Assembly: GCA_951406725.2 (NCBI GenBank) | Contig: OX597827.1 | Coordinates: 78,554,001 to 78,618,000, forward strand | Direction: 5' to 3' | From: Octopus vulgaris | Lineage: Eukaryota | DNA length: 64,000 nt | Shown here: piece after piece, positions 1 through 12,924 of the stretch | Position numbering within the stretch: position 1 is the first letter of the stretch | Layout of the letters: every line of letters begins with the position of its first letter | Position numbers and translations under genes: made by a program | Notes under the pieces: model-generated | What the model saw: the letters and a program-made list of their open reading frames with translations, nothing else | Told to the model about the DNA's origin: nothing | Database searches by the model: none

Positions 1-219
1 TATCAGACCTAGTTGTTTAGCAAACAACGACAAATTTAGTGTGAATAAAGAAGAAACAAACAAGAAATGTGTTATACAAATAACAGTTTTATATGAAAGT
101 AACAATATGTTGTTAAAATGTAAACCACATGACCTCATGATTTTAACACTGAATACAGAACATATACACACACTATTTCATACATGTGCACACACTTGTA
201 TAAATATGTGTGTCACAGT

Positions 220-264
<45 letters not shown>

Positions 265-429
265 GACAACAGAATAAAACAGGAGATTCAGTCAAACATT
301 TTTATTATAACATCATTCAGTACATAACCATTACATGTGTTTCACTGACATATACTAGTGCTCTACTATTTTTGTTCAAAATGGCAATTTTTCAATACAT
401 ACACACACACACACACACATTTCTACGCA

Positions 430-634
<205 letters not shown>

Positions 635-806
635 CCGGAGTAAACCCATAAATGTGAAACAAGGTGGAAAAAAGAGTACTCAAATGCCAGTGGTAGAGTA
701 ATATGCTTTATTTAAAGCAGCAGAAAATTCAACAAAACCTGTTACTCTGAGTTTCACGTTCCCATTCGTAATAGGTTTTGTTGAATTTTCAGCTGCTTTA
801 AATAAA

Positions 807-808
<2 letters not shown>
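635..808 (-). mobile_element. PLE-derived fold-back element, family H1, copy 1
   Basis: Shares sequence with 1255-1394 and 11562-11751; internal inverted repeat; flanked by (TA)n; minus strand carries ACGA-stem II-GAAACTCAGAGTA. Confidence 0.7.
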
Positions 809-851
<43 letters not shown>

Positions 852-854
<3 letters not shown>

Positions 855-1184
855 CAGAAAATGGAGAAATATTGATGGACAACAATTGACTTACATCAAT
901 TATTATTAATTAATTCAATGCAAATAGACTGCAGTCTATTTGCATTTAATTAATAAATAATAATTGATGAAAGCCAATTGTTGTCCATCAATATTTCTCC
1001 ATTTTCTGTTTTCTTTTAATTTTCACTCTTGATAAACTCACGTTTATCCTTGTGTTTACCTGTAATTTGTGAGCATAACATGCTCTCAAATGCATGCCCA
1101 TGGTTAAACACAGGCAATATACCCGGAGTATAATGGATACTTCTATCCCTTAGACGGTTACTTTAACCTCTAACTCAGCTAACC
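852..1184 (+). mobile_element. Fold-back element (~80-bp arms, 852-1011) with a unique tail, between (TA)n tracts
   Basis: gaaacagaaaatggagaaatattgatggacaacaattg pairs with caattgttgtccatcaatatttctccattttctgttt; centre tgcaaatagactgcagtctatttgca. Confidence 0.65.
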
Positions 1185-1250
<66 letters not shown>

Positions 1251-1254
1251 AGTA

Positions 1255-1394
1255 CCGGAGTAAACACATAAATGTGAAACAAGGTGGAAAAAAGAGTACT
1301 CAAATACCAGAGGTAGAGTAATGTGCTTTATTTAAAGCAGCAGAAAATTCAACAAAGCCTGTTACTCTGAATTTTCTGCTGCTTTAAGTAAAGT
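1255..1394 (-). mobile_element. PLE-derived fold-back element, family H1, copy 2 (shorter inversion)
   Basis: Near-identical left part to copy 1 with a different inversion breakpoint; flanked by (TA)n. Confidence 0.7.
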
Positions 1395-1404
1395 ATGTAT
1401 GTAA

Positions 1405-1547
<143 letters not shown>

Positions 1548-1962
1548 GATATATATGTAGATATATATATGTATATATATGTATTCATATAGTGTATGTA
1601 TGAATGTGTGTATATATATATATATTTATATAATGTTTATATATATATATTTGCACATATATACATACATTTGTGTGTGTGTACACTCGTGCGTGTATGC
1701 ATGTATATATGTTGGCTTGCAAATGTGTTTCAATCCTTTTTAAGATAGAACTGAAAATGACTGAAAGATGTCTGCAAGCATTATTCCAATTCAAAAACAA
1801 ACATACAAACACCACTAATGGCAGTATGGAGTTCTTTACTTAGGTTGTGAATACGCCTCTTCAGGGCAACAGGCACTTTACACAGATTTATGTATCTGTG
1901 TGTGTGTATATACACATATATATATATATATATTCATATACATATATATATATATATGTATG

Positions 1963-2006
<44 letters not shown>

Positions 2007-2077
2007 TATGTAATTGTCTAAGAATCCATGAGTGAGGACAAATAGGTACTCATGCATTTATCAAAAGAGTACATATG

Positions 2078-2315
2078 TTAATTGAAGTACAGAGTACTCT
2101 AGATGCAATACAGCTGATGTTTGCCGTTTGGTTTTGCACCAGTTGTTATATAACTGGGGGATCACTGGGTGCTTATCTAACACATGCTCTTCAGGAACGG
2201 CTAAATCTCTGAAGAGCACTCGTTTCAGATAACTGCCTGGTTATGTGAAATCCAGTGCGAAACTGGTTGATAAGATTGGCTGTAATAGATTTATATTACT
2301 GTATACTTTGATTAA
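2078..2315. mobile_element. Diverged fold-back element with hammerhead-like motifs on both strands
   Basis: Plus strand: CTGAAGA 2209-2215, stem II gcact...agtgc, GAAAC 2259-2263, GTA 2282-2284. The mirror TCTTCAG lies at 2188-2194. Confidence 0.6.
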
Positions 2316-2548
2316 TATACATACATACACACACACGCACACACACATTATATATATTTATATTTGGTTTTATATATATATGTATGTGTGTGTGTGTGTA
2401 TAAATGTGTGTAGGTATACATTCATGCATACATATATATCTATAAACACATTTATATACATGTGTATATAGACACAAACATATTTATATGCACATATGCA
2501 TATATGTATGTATGTGTATATATACATATACATAAATACATATATATA

Positions 2549-2616
<68 letters not shown>

Positions 2617-3016
2617 TATATACATACATACATACATACATATATATATGACACACACACACATACATACATACACACAAGAAACAATCATTTCAAAACC
2701 ATTTCAACAAAAAGCTAATGGTATATTTCAAAGACAGCCGCAATCCTTGCCCAAACTTTTGCGCACCCCCTGCTCCCCCATCCCCAGCTCCATTGCAACA
2801 ATGTCACAGCAGACTCTGCTGATGACATCTTTGTCAACAAGAATTGTGGCTCCAGACTTCTTATCGTCTCCTCCCTTAATCTTGACACTTTATACAACAA
2901 ATATAAAACTTGTAGACTCAGTAAACAATCTTCTTGTTCTTGTTGTTATTGTTCTTATTTTCAATTTCATTTGTTACCATAAAGCTTTTCTTTACAGTGG
3001 CATATATGAGTCTGTA

Positions 3017-3062
<46 letters not shown>

Positions 3063-3065
<3 letters not shown>

Positions 3066-3222
3066 TAGCAGTATCGCCTGAATTTTTTCTTCTACGGAAT
3101 AAAGAGCAAGCCTTCTTCTATCATACTCTCAATTTTGGTCAACTTGCACCGCAGGGTCTCAGAGGAGATAATGTTAATTGAAGGCTACCAAACCTGCCAT
3201 ACACAGACAACTTCAGCTTTAT
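3063..3222 (+). mobile_element. Short non-autonomous Helitron/Helentron-like element (tentative)
   Basis: Starts ACTAGCAGTATCGCC and ends acagacaacttcagctttatatat, resembling the ends of such elements; sits in (TA)n. Confidence 0.4.
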
Positions 3223-3342
3223 ATATATATAAAAGAGGTGAGGATCGAAATCCTTCAAGGGGATGTCAAATACCCAAGTCCACTGGTAAAGTCCAAGTAA
3301 AGAATATATATAAAAATATATATTCACTATTTGTAAAAACGG

Positions 3343-4182
3343 CAAATGAATTATAAGGAAAGGCAAAACTGTAGACGAACTTAAATTTGTAATCCAAGTT
3401 GGTACAGAACCAATATATTGGGTTGTTTGTGCCGATTTATCGCCTTATTTTAGAACATGGTTGAGTTCATAAAATAGGATTTGACTACATCTCCATTTAG
3501 AGCACAGTTTATCTTTTCGTGGAAGAAGATTTATGTTCCTTATAACCTGTGTTAATTCTGTAACCCTTTAAAATGGAAAATAAGTTTATTTTCGGCATCT
3601 GATGCTTTGGGAACCAAATAAAAATTGCTGCAGCTCGGCTGGGATGTGTTACCCCAACCTCCATATTCACCAGATATTGCTCCTTCAGATTTCTACATAT
3701 TCAGGTCTCTGCAGAATAGTCTTAATGGTAAAAATTTCAATTCCTTGGATGACGTAAAAAGATACCTTGATGAATTCTTTGCCATGAAACCACCTCAATT
3801 CTGGGAAGAGGGTATTTTCAAGTTAAAGGAAAGATGGATACGCATTGGGCAACAAAATGGTTCATATTTGGTTGATTAAAGATGTAATGACAAGTATTTA
3901 TTGACCTTTTTCTTTCCTTTAAAAATTGGCATGAACTTTCCGGACAAACCAATACATTCTGCAAATTGTTTTGGAGTTTAATTAATTCCAAAGGCAAAGA
4001 CGAAAAATTCTTCATGAAATACAAATTAGATTCCTCATCAGGAATTACATACTGCTACGAATGATTCCGACCAAACAATTTGTAGAATGTTTCTTTGGTT
4101 CTGCACCAACTGGGATTGGGATTGAATTAAGGTTCGTCCACACTTACAATTGTTTCCTTTCCTTATACTTCATTTACTGTTT
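3343..4182. mobile_element. PLE-type fold-back element interrupted by the mariner insertion
   Basis: 3343-3414 plus 3955-3972 form an inverted copy of 4071-4182; CTGATGA on the minus strand at 4035-4041. Confidence 0.55.
3418..3952 (+). mobile_element. Internally deleted mariner (DD34D) transposon
   Basis: TA-flanked TIRs (ttgggttgt...gtgccgattt / aaattggcatgaactttccggacaaaccaa); N-terminal stub FRHLMLWE fused to the C-terminal transposase fragment 3625-3879 with the YSPDIAPSDF motif. Confidence 0.9.
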
Positions 4183-4199
4183 ATATATATATATATGTG

Positions 4200-4249
<50 letters not shown>

Positions 4250-4254
<5 letters not shown>

Positions 4255-4626
4255 TTATTCTTTTATCTATTTGTTTCAGTTATTTGACTGTGGCCGTGCT
4301 GGAGCACCGCATTTAGTCAAACAAATTGACCCCAGGACATTGTTTGTAAGCCTAGTACTTATTCTATTGTTCTCTTTTGCCAAACAACTAAGTTACGGGG
4401 ACGTGAACACACCAACATCAGTTGTCAAGTGATGGTGGGGGGGGGGGGAACACAGACACACAAGATTGTCTTCTTTCAGTTTCTGTCTACCAAATCCACT
4501 CACAAGGATTTGGTTGGCCCAAGGCTATAGTAGAAGACACATGCCCAAGGTGCCACGCAGTGGGACTGAACCCGGAACCATGTAGTTGGAAAGCAAGCTT
4601 CTTACCACACAGCCACTCTTGCACCT
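4250..4626 (-). mobile_element. tRNA-derived SINE, family A
   Basis: Reverse complement of the head gagtggctgtgtggtaag...ggttccgggttcagtccc...ggcaccttgggc, plus the shared tail. Confidence 0.85.
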
Positions 4627-4645
4627 ATATATATATATACACATG

Positions 4646-4681
<36 letters not shown>

Positions 4682-5403
4682 CTTATATATGTGTATGTAT
4701 ATATATGTGTGTACATGTGTGCATATATATATATATATATATGTGTAGGTACATGTGTAGATTATAAAGCGATATTTTCAAGTGGTTGGATGGAATTAGC
4801 ATCTATCTTCAGCATATAGGCAGAGAAATCTCTGTGCCTTTAATTATAATTGTATTCTATACTATTATATATATATGTGTGTGTGTGTGTATGAATGTAC
4901 CTAAATAGATTTTTTTAAATGCTGGCCACTGATTAAACTTTCTAAATATATATATGTATATATATACACACAAGCACACAGTGTGTATATGCTGTGTGCT
5001 TGTGTGTGCATGTGTGTGTGTGTCTGTCTGTCTGTCTGTGTGCTTGTGTGTGTGTGTTCTTATGTTTGTCTGAAGTCCATTTTTCCATGTGTTTGGATGA
5101 AGAGTTATTTGCAGACAAGATTTTACAGTCACACATATTTCCTGTTTTTAAGTAAGAATTTATTTCTTCCAGAGGTTTCTTTGAATGGATGGAGTAACTT
5201 GTTATGGAGTCAACTGGGAACGTAAATAGAATACTAGTTTCAAATTTCAGCGCAAGGCCAGCAATTTCAGGGATGGGGATTTTCAATCCTGAGATAATCC
5301 TGATTCCAAAAAGATATAATATGTCTATGTAGAGCAAATGTAGGCTGTGATACAGGGGTCCCAGGCAGTCAGACAGAATTTTGCTTTTATTATTATTATT
5401 ATG

Positions 5404-5435
<32 letters not shown>

Positions 5436-6066
5436 GTACTCCAGCATGGCCACAATCAAACCAGTGGAATAAGTAACAAACTTAATAAGTACTCGGGTCG
5501 ATTTGGCCAATTAAATCCTTCAAGACAGTGCTCCAGAATGGTCACGGTCCAATGACTGAAAGAGGCAAACGATTTTAAACATCTTAATTTCATCATTTAA
5601 CCAGATGAGACGGTATTTCTTGTGGATGCTGGCATCAATCAATGCTATTCTGTGTTCCTAATGGATGAGGGGCAGTTTGGATAATGGAAAACTAGAAGAA
5701 GCTATCTTAGCAAGGGACAAAAAGACCCAGCCATAGATTCCAGCATTCTGGCAAAAAGGGACTTGGACTGAGTAAACCTTTTTGTCCCTCATTTTATGTC
5801 AGTTTTAAAAGGGGGTCGAAATTAAACGCTTCTGCCAAAATTTCATGTTCTGTTCCAAAGACACGTTGAATAATGACAAAGATATTTTAGTAAATTCCTC
5901 GTTATTTCCAAAATTAATTGGAGGAAATCCTGAGCATTTCAACAGAAGCAAAAAGGATGATTTGCTGAATTGTGCAGAGTATTGCCTTACCATGGTTTCT
6001 GTTCAATAACTGAAATGAATAAAATGAAATGAAAGAGAAAATACGTGTTGTGTGTGTGTGTATTAC

Positions 6067-6232
6067 AGGTGCAGTTGTGGCTGTGTGGGTAAGAAACTTG
6101 CTTCCCAACCACATGGTTCCAGGTTCATTCCCACTGCATGGCACCTTGGGTAAGTGCCTTCTACTATAGCCTTGGGCTGACCAAAGTTCTATGAGTGGAT
6201 TTCGAAGATGGGAACTGAAAAACGTCCGTGTG
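6067..6232 (+). mobile_element. SINE family A (head part)
   Basis: gtggctgtgtgggtaag...ggttcattccc...ggcaccttggg. Confidence 0.8.
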
Positions 6233-6288
6233 TATGTGTGTGTGTGTGTGTGTATGTATGTATGATGTATGTATGTATGCATGCATGC

Positions 6289-6325
<37 letters not shown>

Positions 6326-6354
6326 ATATATACAATATACAGTATTATATATAT

Positions 6355-6672
6355 AGGTCGTTGCCAGTGCCGTTGGACTGGCTACTGTGCAGGTGGCACA
6401 TAAAAAGCACCATTTGAGCATGGCCATTGCCAGTACTGCCTGACTGGCTCTTGTGCCGGTGGCACATAAAAGCACCCACTACACTCTCGGAGTGGTTGGC
6501 ATTAGGAAGAGCATCCAGCTGTAGAAACTCGGCCAGATCAGATTGGAGTCTGGTGCAGCCATCTGGTTTGACAGCCCTCAGTCAAAATCGTCCAACCCAT
6601 GCTAGCATGGAAAACAGACTTTAAACGATGATGATAATGATGCTGCTGCTGAAGATGATGATGATGAGGATG
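6355..6672 (+). mobile_element. RTE-LINE 3' tail repeat (family C)
   Basis: gtggcac subrepeats, ggaagagcatccagctgtagaaac, (GAT)n tail. Confidence 0.75.
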
Positions 6673-7231
6673 ATATATATATATGTCATAAACATTTTAT
6701 AAACATTCAAGAGAAACTGAATTCTTTTTTAGAATATATCAAAACACATGCGTAATTTAATTTAAACAGCTTTGTGTGTGCTTCAAGATATTCCCAAAAA
6801 GAATATATATATCTATGTGTGTGTGTGTGCTCTAAAAACATTCAACTATGCAATATATATATATACATAAATGAAAAATCATGAATAACAACAAAACACA
6901 AAAGTAACAGAACGAAATTATTTCCTGCATTTTTTATTTTCTCTTAATATATCTCACTCTCTCTCTCTCTTTGATACAAACTAATATCACATGCTTCAAA
7001 AATTGTAGCAGTTTATGAAATAAGTTTACAAATATTCGTTGGTATTCAGTTAAAACAGGAGATAAAACACCAAAACACGATCCGCACAGATCTTACTTTG
7101 TAACTCACCAAACAGAACTTGCAAAATCTTCTGGGTTTTTAAAACGCTGCACGCACATGCACACATATTTGAAAACAGATATACTTATAGGTATATGAAC
7201 ACACACACACATATATACATACATACATATA

Positions 7232-7438
7232 GTTAATCCAAACAAGAAAACACAAAAAAACACAACAACGCGAGGACGTGGAACAAATATAGTATTATTG
7301 GACGCTCAGGAAAGAAGGAAAGAAGGAGGCTTTAACGTTTCGAGCGGAGCTCTTCGTCGGAAACATAGGAGAAGGAAAGATCCAGAGAAGGGAAGACAGA
7401 GGAAAAAAAAAATCGCCAACGGTACACACGAGGTCACA
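7232..7438 (-). mobile_element. Penelope-like terminal fragment with a minimal hammerhead motif (7331-7363)
   Basis: Minus strand reads ttt-CCGACGA-a-gagc-tcc-gctc-GAAACGTT-aaa; flanked by (TA/CA)n. Confidence 0.75.
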
Positions 7439-7519
7439 CATACATACATATATATACATACACATATATATATATACATACATACATATATATATATATA
7501 CACACACACACATGTATTT

Positions 7520-7670
7520 TTAAGGTTAAGAAATTTGTTTCCCAATCCCTTGGTTTCTGGTTCAGTCCCATTCCATGGCACCTTGGGCAAGTGTCTTCTG
7601 TTATAGTTCTGGGCCAACCAAAGTCTTTTCACTATCTTTGGTGGATGGAAACTGAAGCAAACCCATTCTG
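7520..7670 (+). mobile_element. SINE family A fragment
   Basis: ggttcagtcccattccatggcaccttgggcaagtgtcttct. Confidence 0.75.
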
Positions 7671-8387
7671 TATTAGTACACATAGTAGGAAGGTAAGTGT
7701 GTATATATATATATATATATCTCGTCTGATTGAGTCTTCTTTGTGTCAACATGCATCTCCTTGCAACGATGTAGCCTTTAATCTAATCAAGATATCTTTG
7801 GCTCAAAGTGTAGCTGGCGGTATACACCTCACTTAGATTTTACCACTTTTGAGGTTCCACTTGCTATGAAACATATGTAGCCTGGATTTTCCAGACTCCA
7901 TTCCATAACTCTTGTATTCTGTCTTTCCGCACTCAGCAACCCCAAGTCACCTACCATGGAACATAAAAAAAACCTTTTTTTCAACTCAGCATTCTTTGAT
8001 AAGGAAAAAAAAATCCCTTCCATCTCAATAAACTTCTATTGTTCCTAAAAGTTGTTTTTTTTATACATTCACTACACATTGCATGAAGCTAACTTTCTTC
8101 CTACACCTCGATCCTTGGATCTTACATTTATATATATATATATGCTTGTAAGTTTGTGTATGTTTGAGTCTTCTTGATAGTTGTAAATGAGTGCCACTGT
8201 CATACAAGCAGTATTATTTATTTCCTTATTTTAGAAAGATATATCTGGCCAAGGGAAAATATTTCCTTGCTTGGAAACAGGTGAAGGTAGGTGACAGGAA
8301 AAGCACCTGGCCATAGGAAATTTGTCTCAATAGATTCCATCTGACCCTTATAAACAAGCAAAATGAACATTAAAACAATGATGATTG

Positions 8388-8429
<42 letters not shown>

Positions 8430-8670
8430 TGTATATATGGACACATGCACACCCAATTTTACATGTGTGTGTGTGTATGGCATAGTTAGTTGTGAACAAG
8501 CATGACTTCATATGTACCCTGCTTTCACTAGTTATTTCAGGTGTCCTTGCAGTCCTGGGTAGATATAGACACCTCCCACTTCTGATCCAAAGGAGCATCC
8601 AAGAGTTCTTTACTCAAAAACACTTATGTGCCAGAACTGAATTAATGACTTTATAAGTGTAACCCTGACA

Positions 8671-8702
<32 letters not shown>

Positions 8703-8730
8703 ATACATATATATATATATATCTGTAATA

Positions 8731-8939
8731 TAATATGTGACAATTATTTGGTTGCCATAATAAAACTCTGAGTTTCGGATGTCAGGACAGAAACCTGCTC
8801 TGGCATCTTGTCAGTTATTTTTTTTATTGTCTTAACAACTGACGAGATGCCGGAGCAGATTTCCACCCCAACATCCAAGACTCTTTTTATGGTAACCAAA
8901 TAATTGTCACATATTATTTTACAGATAAATTCCTCTATT

Positions 8940-8940
<1 letters not shown>
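8731..8940. mobile_element. PLE-derived fold-back element with hammerhead motifs in both arms
   Basis: Arms 8731-8816 / 8837-8916; CTGACGA at 8839-8845; the minus arm retains CATCC-GAAACTCAGAGTT. Confidence 0.7.
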
Positions 8941-9025
<85 letters not shown>

Positions 9026-9030
9026 CAGAC

Positions 9031-9063
<33 letters not shown>

Positions 9064-9384
9064 TTTCGTTTTTGGATTTGGTTTGTAAGATTCTTTATAT
9101 GAGTTCATGTGTTGAAGCATATTCTGTTGTGTCTGGGGAGAGTCATTCTTTTTTTTTTGGTGCCTTATAATTTAATACACTCACTGGTACATTTCCACTT
9201 ATTTCCTTTTTATTTTTCTACAATTTTCATTGCATCTTGCAACCTTTTCAATAGTTTTGACTCAAGACACAACAAAAATCTTAGGAAAATAAAAAATAGA
9301 TAAGTGGAAATGTTATCAGTGAGTGTTAAATTATAAGGCACCAAAAGAGACTGACTCTCCCCAGAAAACAACAGTAAATATATT

Positions 9385-9860
9385 ATCCATAAAGAAGTGC
9401 CAATCTCTCAAAGTAGATGGAGCACATGGAAGTGGGAGACCCAGGAAGACATGGGATGAGGTACTAAATAATGATCTCAGGATGCTGGACCTTTCAGGGG
9501 AGATGGCAAAGGACCAAGATGCCAGGCACCTTGCTGTACTCAAGAAGACCCTTACTTTGTAGCAGAAGTGTTAAGACCAGTCCCTTTGGTAATGAAAAGC
9601 ACTCATGGTGGTGGCACATAAAAGCACCTGTGCAGTGCCATATAACAGCACCTGTGCAGTGTGACGTAAAGCACCCAGCACACCCTGTAAAGTGGTTGGC
9701 ATTAGGAAGGGCACCCAGCCATAGCAACCATGTCAAACCAGACTGGAGTCTGGTGCAGCTCCTGTGCTTGCAAGCTCTGGACAAACCATCCAACCCATGC
9801 CAACATGGACAATGGACATTAAATGGTAATGATGATGGTGATGATGATGAGGATGAGGAT
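9385..9860 (+). mobile_element. 5'-truncated RTE-clade LINE (ORF C-terminus plus 3' tail)
   Basis: Peptide IKKCQSLKVDGAHGSGRPRKTWDEVLNNDLRMLDL (RTE-type GRPRxxW end), followed by the family C tail and (GAT)n. Confidence 0.8.
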
Positions 9861-10181
9861 AAGTTCAAAAAAGTAAAATAAAATTCAATGCATGAGTAAA
9901 TATAATTTTCAGTTGGCAGAAAGTTACAAAAGGGGCCCAAAGGGCAAGAATTTCAAACATGGCACTTTGCTTAGTTTGATCATTGCCCCACACAAACTCT
10001 CAGCCTTTGAGCCACTTTTCTACCTTCCCATCAATTGGAAAATCATTTACATATGCAAATACCACACACACACACACACACACATGCAAATATCACACAC
10101 ACACATATTTAAACTTATAAACGTAAATGTTAAATAGAGGTTATACTTTTGCAAGTTCCAGAGTAGCAATGGAACAATTAA

Positions 10182-10402
10182 CCCTTTGAGCATTCAAACT
10201 GGCCACATCTGGTCAGAATATTGTCCCTGTTTTATGCTCAAACTGGCCAGATCCAATCTCTCGTATCAACCCAACAATGTCATTCTAAAATTAAACAATC
10301 CCCCAATCGAAATCTCAAAGCCACGAGATAATGCAGGATTAATTCACATCAATGTAAATAAAGAAGTATCACATTTGATAGATTAATGTGAATAGTAAAG
10401 GG
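10182..10402 (+). mobile_element. TTAA-flanked MITE (piggyBac-type), family P1
   Basis: TTAA-CCCTTT...AAAGGG-TTAA; related copies at 24202-25259, 43810-43985 and 63593-63784. Confidence 0.8.
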
Positions 10403-11520
10403 TTAATAATGAGGGGACAGAAAGCTTAGAGGGGAGCCTAATTCCTAGTAAAACTATTGACTGAGGCATTAAGTTTTACATGAGGATTTGAAAATCAACC
10501 TGTCAGGTGCAACTTCAAAGTTCCAGTCAACAATAATTTTACAACACATAAAAATATATAGATCAGCTCTCCCTACCTTTTTCCACTTTCATTATTGCTT
10601 CTGTTACTGCAAATCACTCACCCACCCCTATTTAATCTCACCTTTTCTTTATCAGCTCTTACTGTCTTTGTCCACCCTTCTCCTCAATTACCTCTACATA
10701 TCCCTGACTTCTTCCCATCATACTGTTTTTTCCTTCTACTCTCCCCACCTATTCCGATCCTTCTCAGTCCATTGTCCTTTCCCCTCTTTCTCTCCAGTTC
10801 CCCTCCTTGGTCACCCAAGCTCTCTTCAGCCCTGCTCTAGACCTACACTTATTCTCCTATCCCTGCCACTGTAATAACCATTTCTGGCCTTTCTCTCATC
10901 ACTGCTCCATTTCTAAACTTTCATTTACTGTGTACAAACCCCATCCACACCTACCATTCACCAGGTAAAGCGGTCACCTAAATAAATGGAAAAACTATAG
11001 TTTATGAGGTCCTTCAAACCCTGTCTCACCAAATAGTGCTGTACTATGAGAAAATATACCAGTACACATTCTGTGAAGTTGTTGGTGCTAGAAAAGGAAT
11101 CCAGTCATAGAAATGAAGCCAAATAGCACACAGGAACACTTCATCTTTGGGAGCTGCAGCTCCTAATGGGAAACAACTTATGCCCTGGCAAGACCCAGCC
11201 AAACCCTGCCAGTATAGAAAGTACACATAAAATACACATGGATACACCCAGAAGCCAGACACAGACATAGACATCCTCCATAGATACATCATAAATAGTC
11301 TTAGTGAAGTATTTTCTTACCAAAAAGGTTCAACAAACGTTTGTTATAAATTATGATTGTTATTGTCGTGAGATATGACAAGAGTCTCAGATATGACAGA
11401 AGGTGTATACAATGAAAGAACAAAAAGGATATAATTAACTTCTGATACACAATGCAAAGGAGATATGCCTTGATATATAGCAAGACACACATACAGAAAC
11501 ATATACATATGCATTCATGT

Positions 11521-11558
<38 letters not shown>

Positions 11559-11561
11559 CGA

Positions 11562-11751
11562 AGTAAACACATAAATGTGAAACAAGGTGGAAAAAAGAGT
11601 ACTCAAATACCAGTGGTAGAGTAATATGCTTTATTTAAAGCAGCAGAAAATTCAACAAAACCTGTTACTCTGAGTTTCACGTTCCGACGAACGGGAACGT
11701 GAAACTCAGAGTAACAGGTTTTGTTGAATTTTCTGCTGCTTTAAATAAAGT
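11562..11751. mobile_element. PLE-derived fold-back element, family H1, copy 3: perfect 57-bp hairpin with hammerhead core
   Basis: 11629-11685 is the exact reverse complement of 11694-11750; CCGACGA-acg-ggaa-cgt-GAAACTCAGAGTA at 11684-11713. Confidence 0.8.
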
Positions 11752-11811
11752 ATATATATATTTATGTATATATATGTATATATGAGTCAGTTCTTTATTT
11801 TTCATAACAAC

Positions 11812-11843
<32 letters not shown>

Positions 11844-12116
11844 GCAAAAGGATGGAAGTACTGGTTTCACATTTATATATCCATACATTATAATATAAAA
11901 CTGTTTGATTTGGCTCCATGTGACTCACAGGTTCGTAGTCTTCTTACAGAAGCCTCAGTCATTCAGGCTCAGAGCTGGGCTTCCGTTATGAAGTTGCTTG
12001 GAACTGAATCAAACAGTTTTAAATGATAATATATGTAATTCCTACGAAATGTGTTAAACGCCATTTTCTTTAGTTTGTTCCCTCACTCATAACACACACA
12101 CACACACACACGCATT

Positions 12117-12924
12117 CAGGGTGCGATTGGTAAATTGTCACCGTTTTATATTTTTAATTTCGTACATGTGCTTTGTTTGTTTTTGATTTTGTTGACTACA
12201 CAGTATGGCAGGGTCAGAAGAACAGCACCGTGATGCAATTCACTCTGCAGAGTTTCACACTGGAAGCTCCAATACGGAGATTTCAGAGTGTTTGGGTATC
12301 AACCTGAGGACATGTACCAAGAGTGATAAAAATCAAACATCCAGTCAACATCATGATGTTTGGCATGATCACTAGCCTCCATTCATCTTCCCACATGACC
12401 TCAGACTCAACACGAAGGCTTAAATCAAGTGCCTGGAGGAGGTGGTGCTGCTCTGAGTGAAGAGGGTGGCTGCTGGAAGAACCTATGTCTGGCAACAGGA
12501 CTCTGCACCATGCCACACAAGCAGGAGAACCCAGTCATAGCTGTCAGACAATTTCTGCAACCACATCACCACTAACATCTGGCCACCTAACTCCCCAGAC
12601 TGCAACCCCCTTGATTATTATTGTGTGGGGCAGAGTTGAGTGAGAGACCAACAAAACTCCTTGTAACACCAAAGATGAACTGAAGGCAAGGATTAAGGCG
12701 GCATTCACCAACTTAAACAAGGATACCGTCCAAAAGAGTTGCAGGAGATTCCGAAGTCATCTTGAGGCCGTGGTTGAAGCCAATGGCGATTTTATTGAAT
12801 AAATTTATTCTTTAGTATTTCAAGATATCTTAATGTAATTTTGGTAAATATATCTGTTAAAATGAGATGTCAGTGTTATTTTCATTTTTGTGTAATTTAG
12901 ATGACAATATATTCACCACACCCT
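12117..12924 (+). mobile_element. Degenerate Tc1/mariner-superfamily transposon of maT/DD37D type
   Basis: CAGGGTG...CACCCT TIRs; broken frames read WQQDSAPCH and WPPNSPDCNPLDYY...LEAVVEANGDFIE*. Confidence 0.85.

Noticed and set aside
2819-2860. CTGATGA word suggesting a hammerhead
   Set aside because: No stem II or GAAA follows; the same applies to 31619 and the (GAT)n tails
10880-10980. Faint GIY-YIG-like peptide traces (also about 15430-15705 and 37700-37990)
   Set aside because: Too degraded to support without a profile search
11629-11750. Hairpins read as miRNA precursors
   Set aside because: Multi-copy, variable breakpoints and hammerhead motifs favour a retroelement origin; small-RNA data would be needed to support a miRNA call
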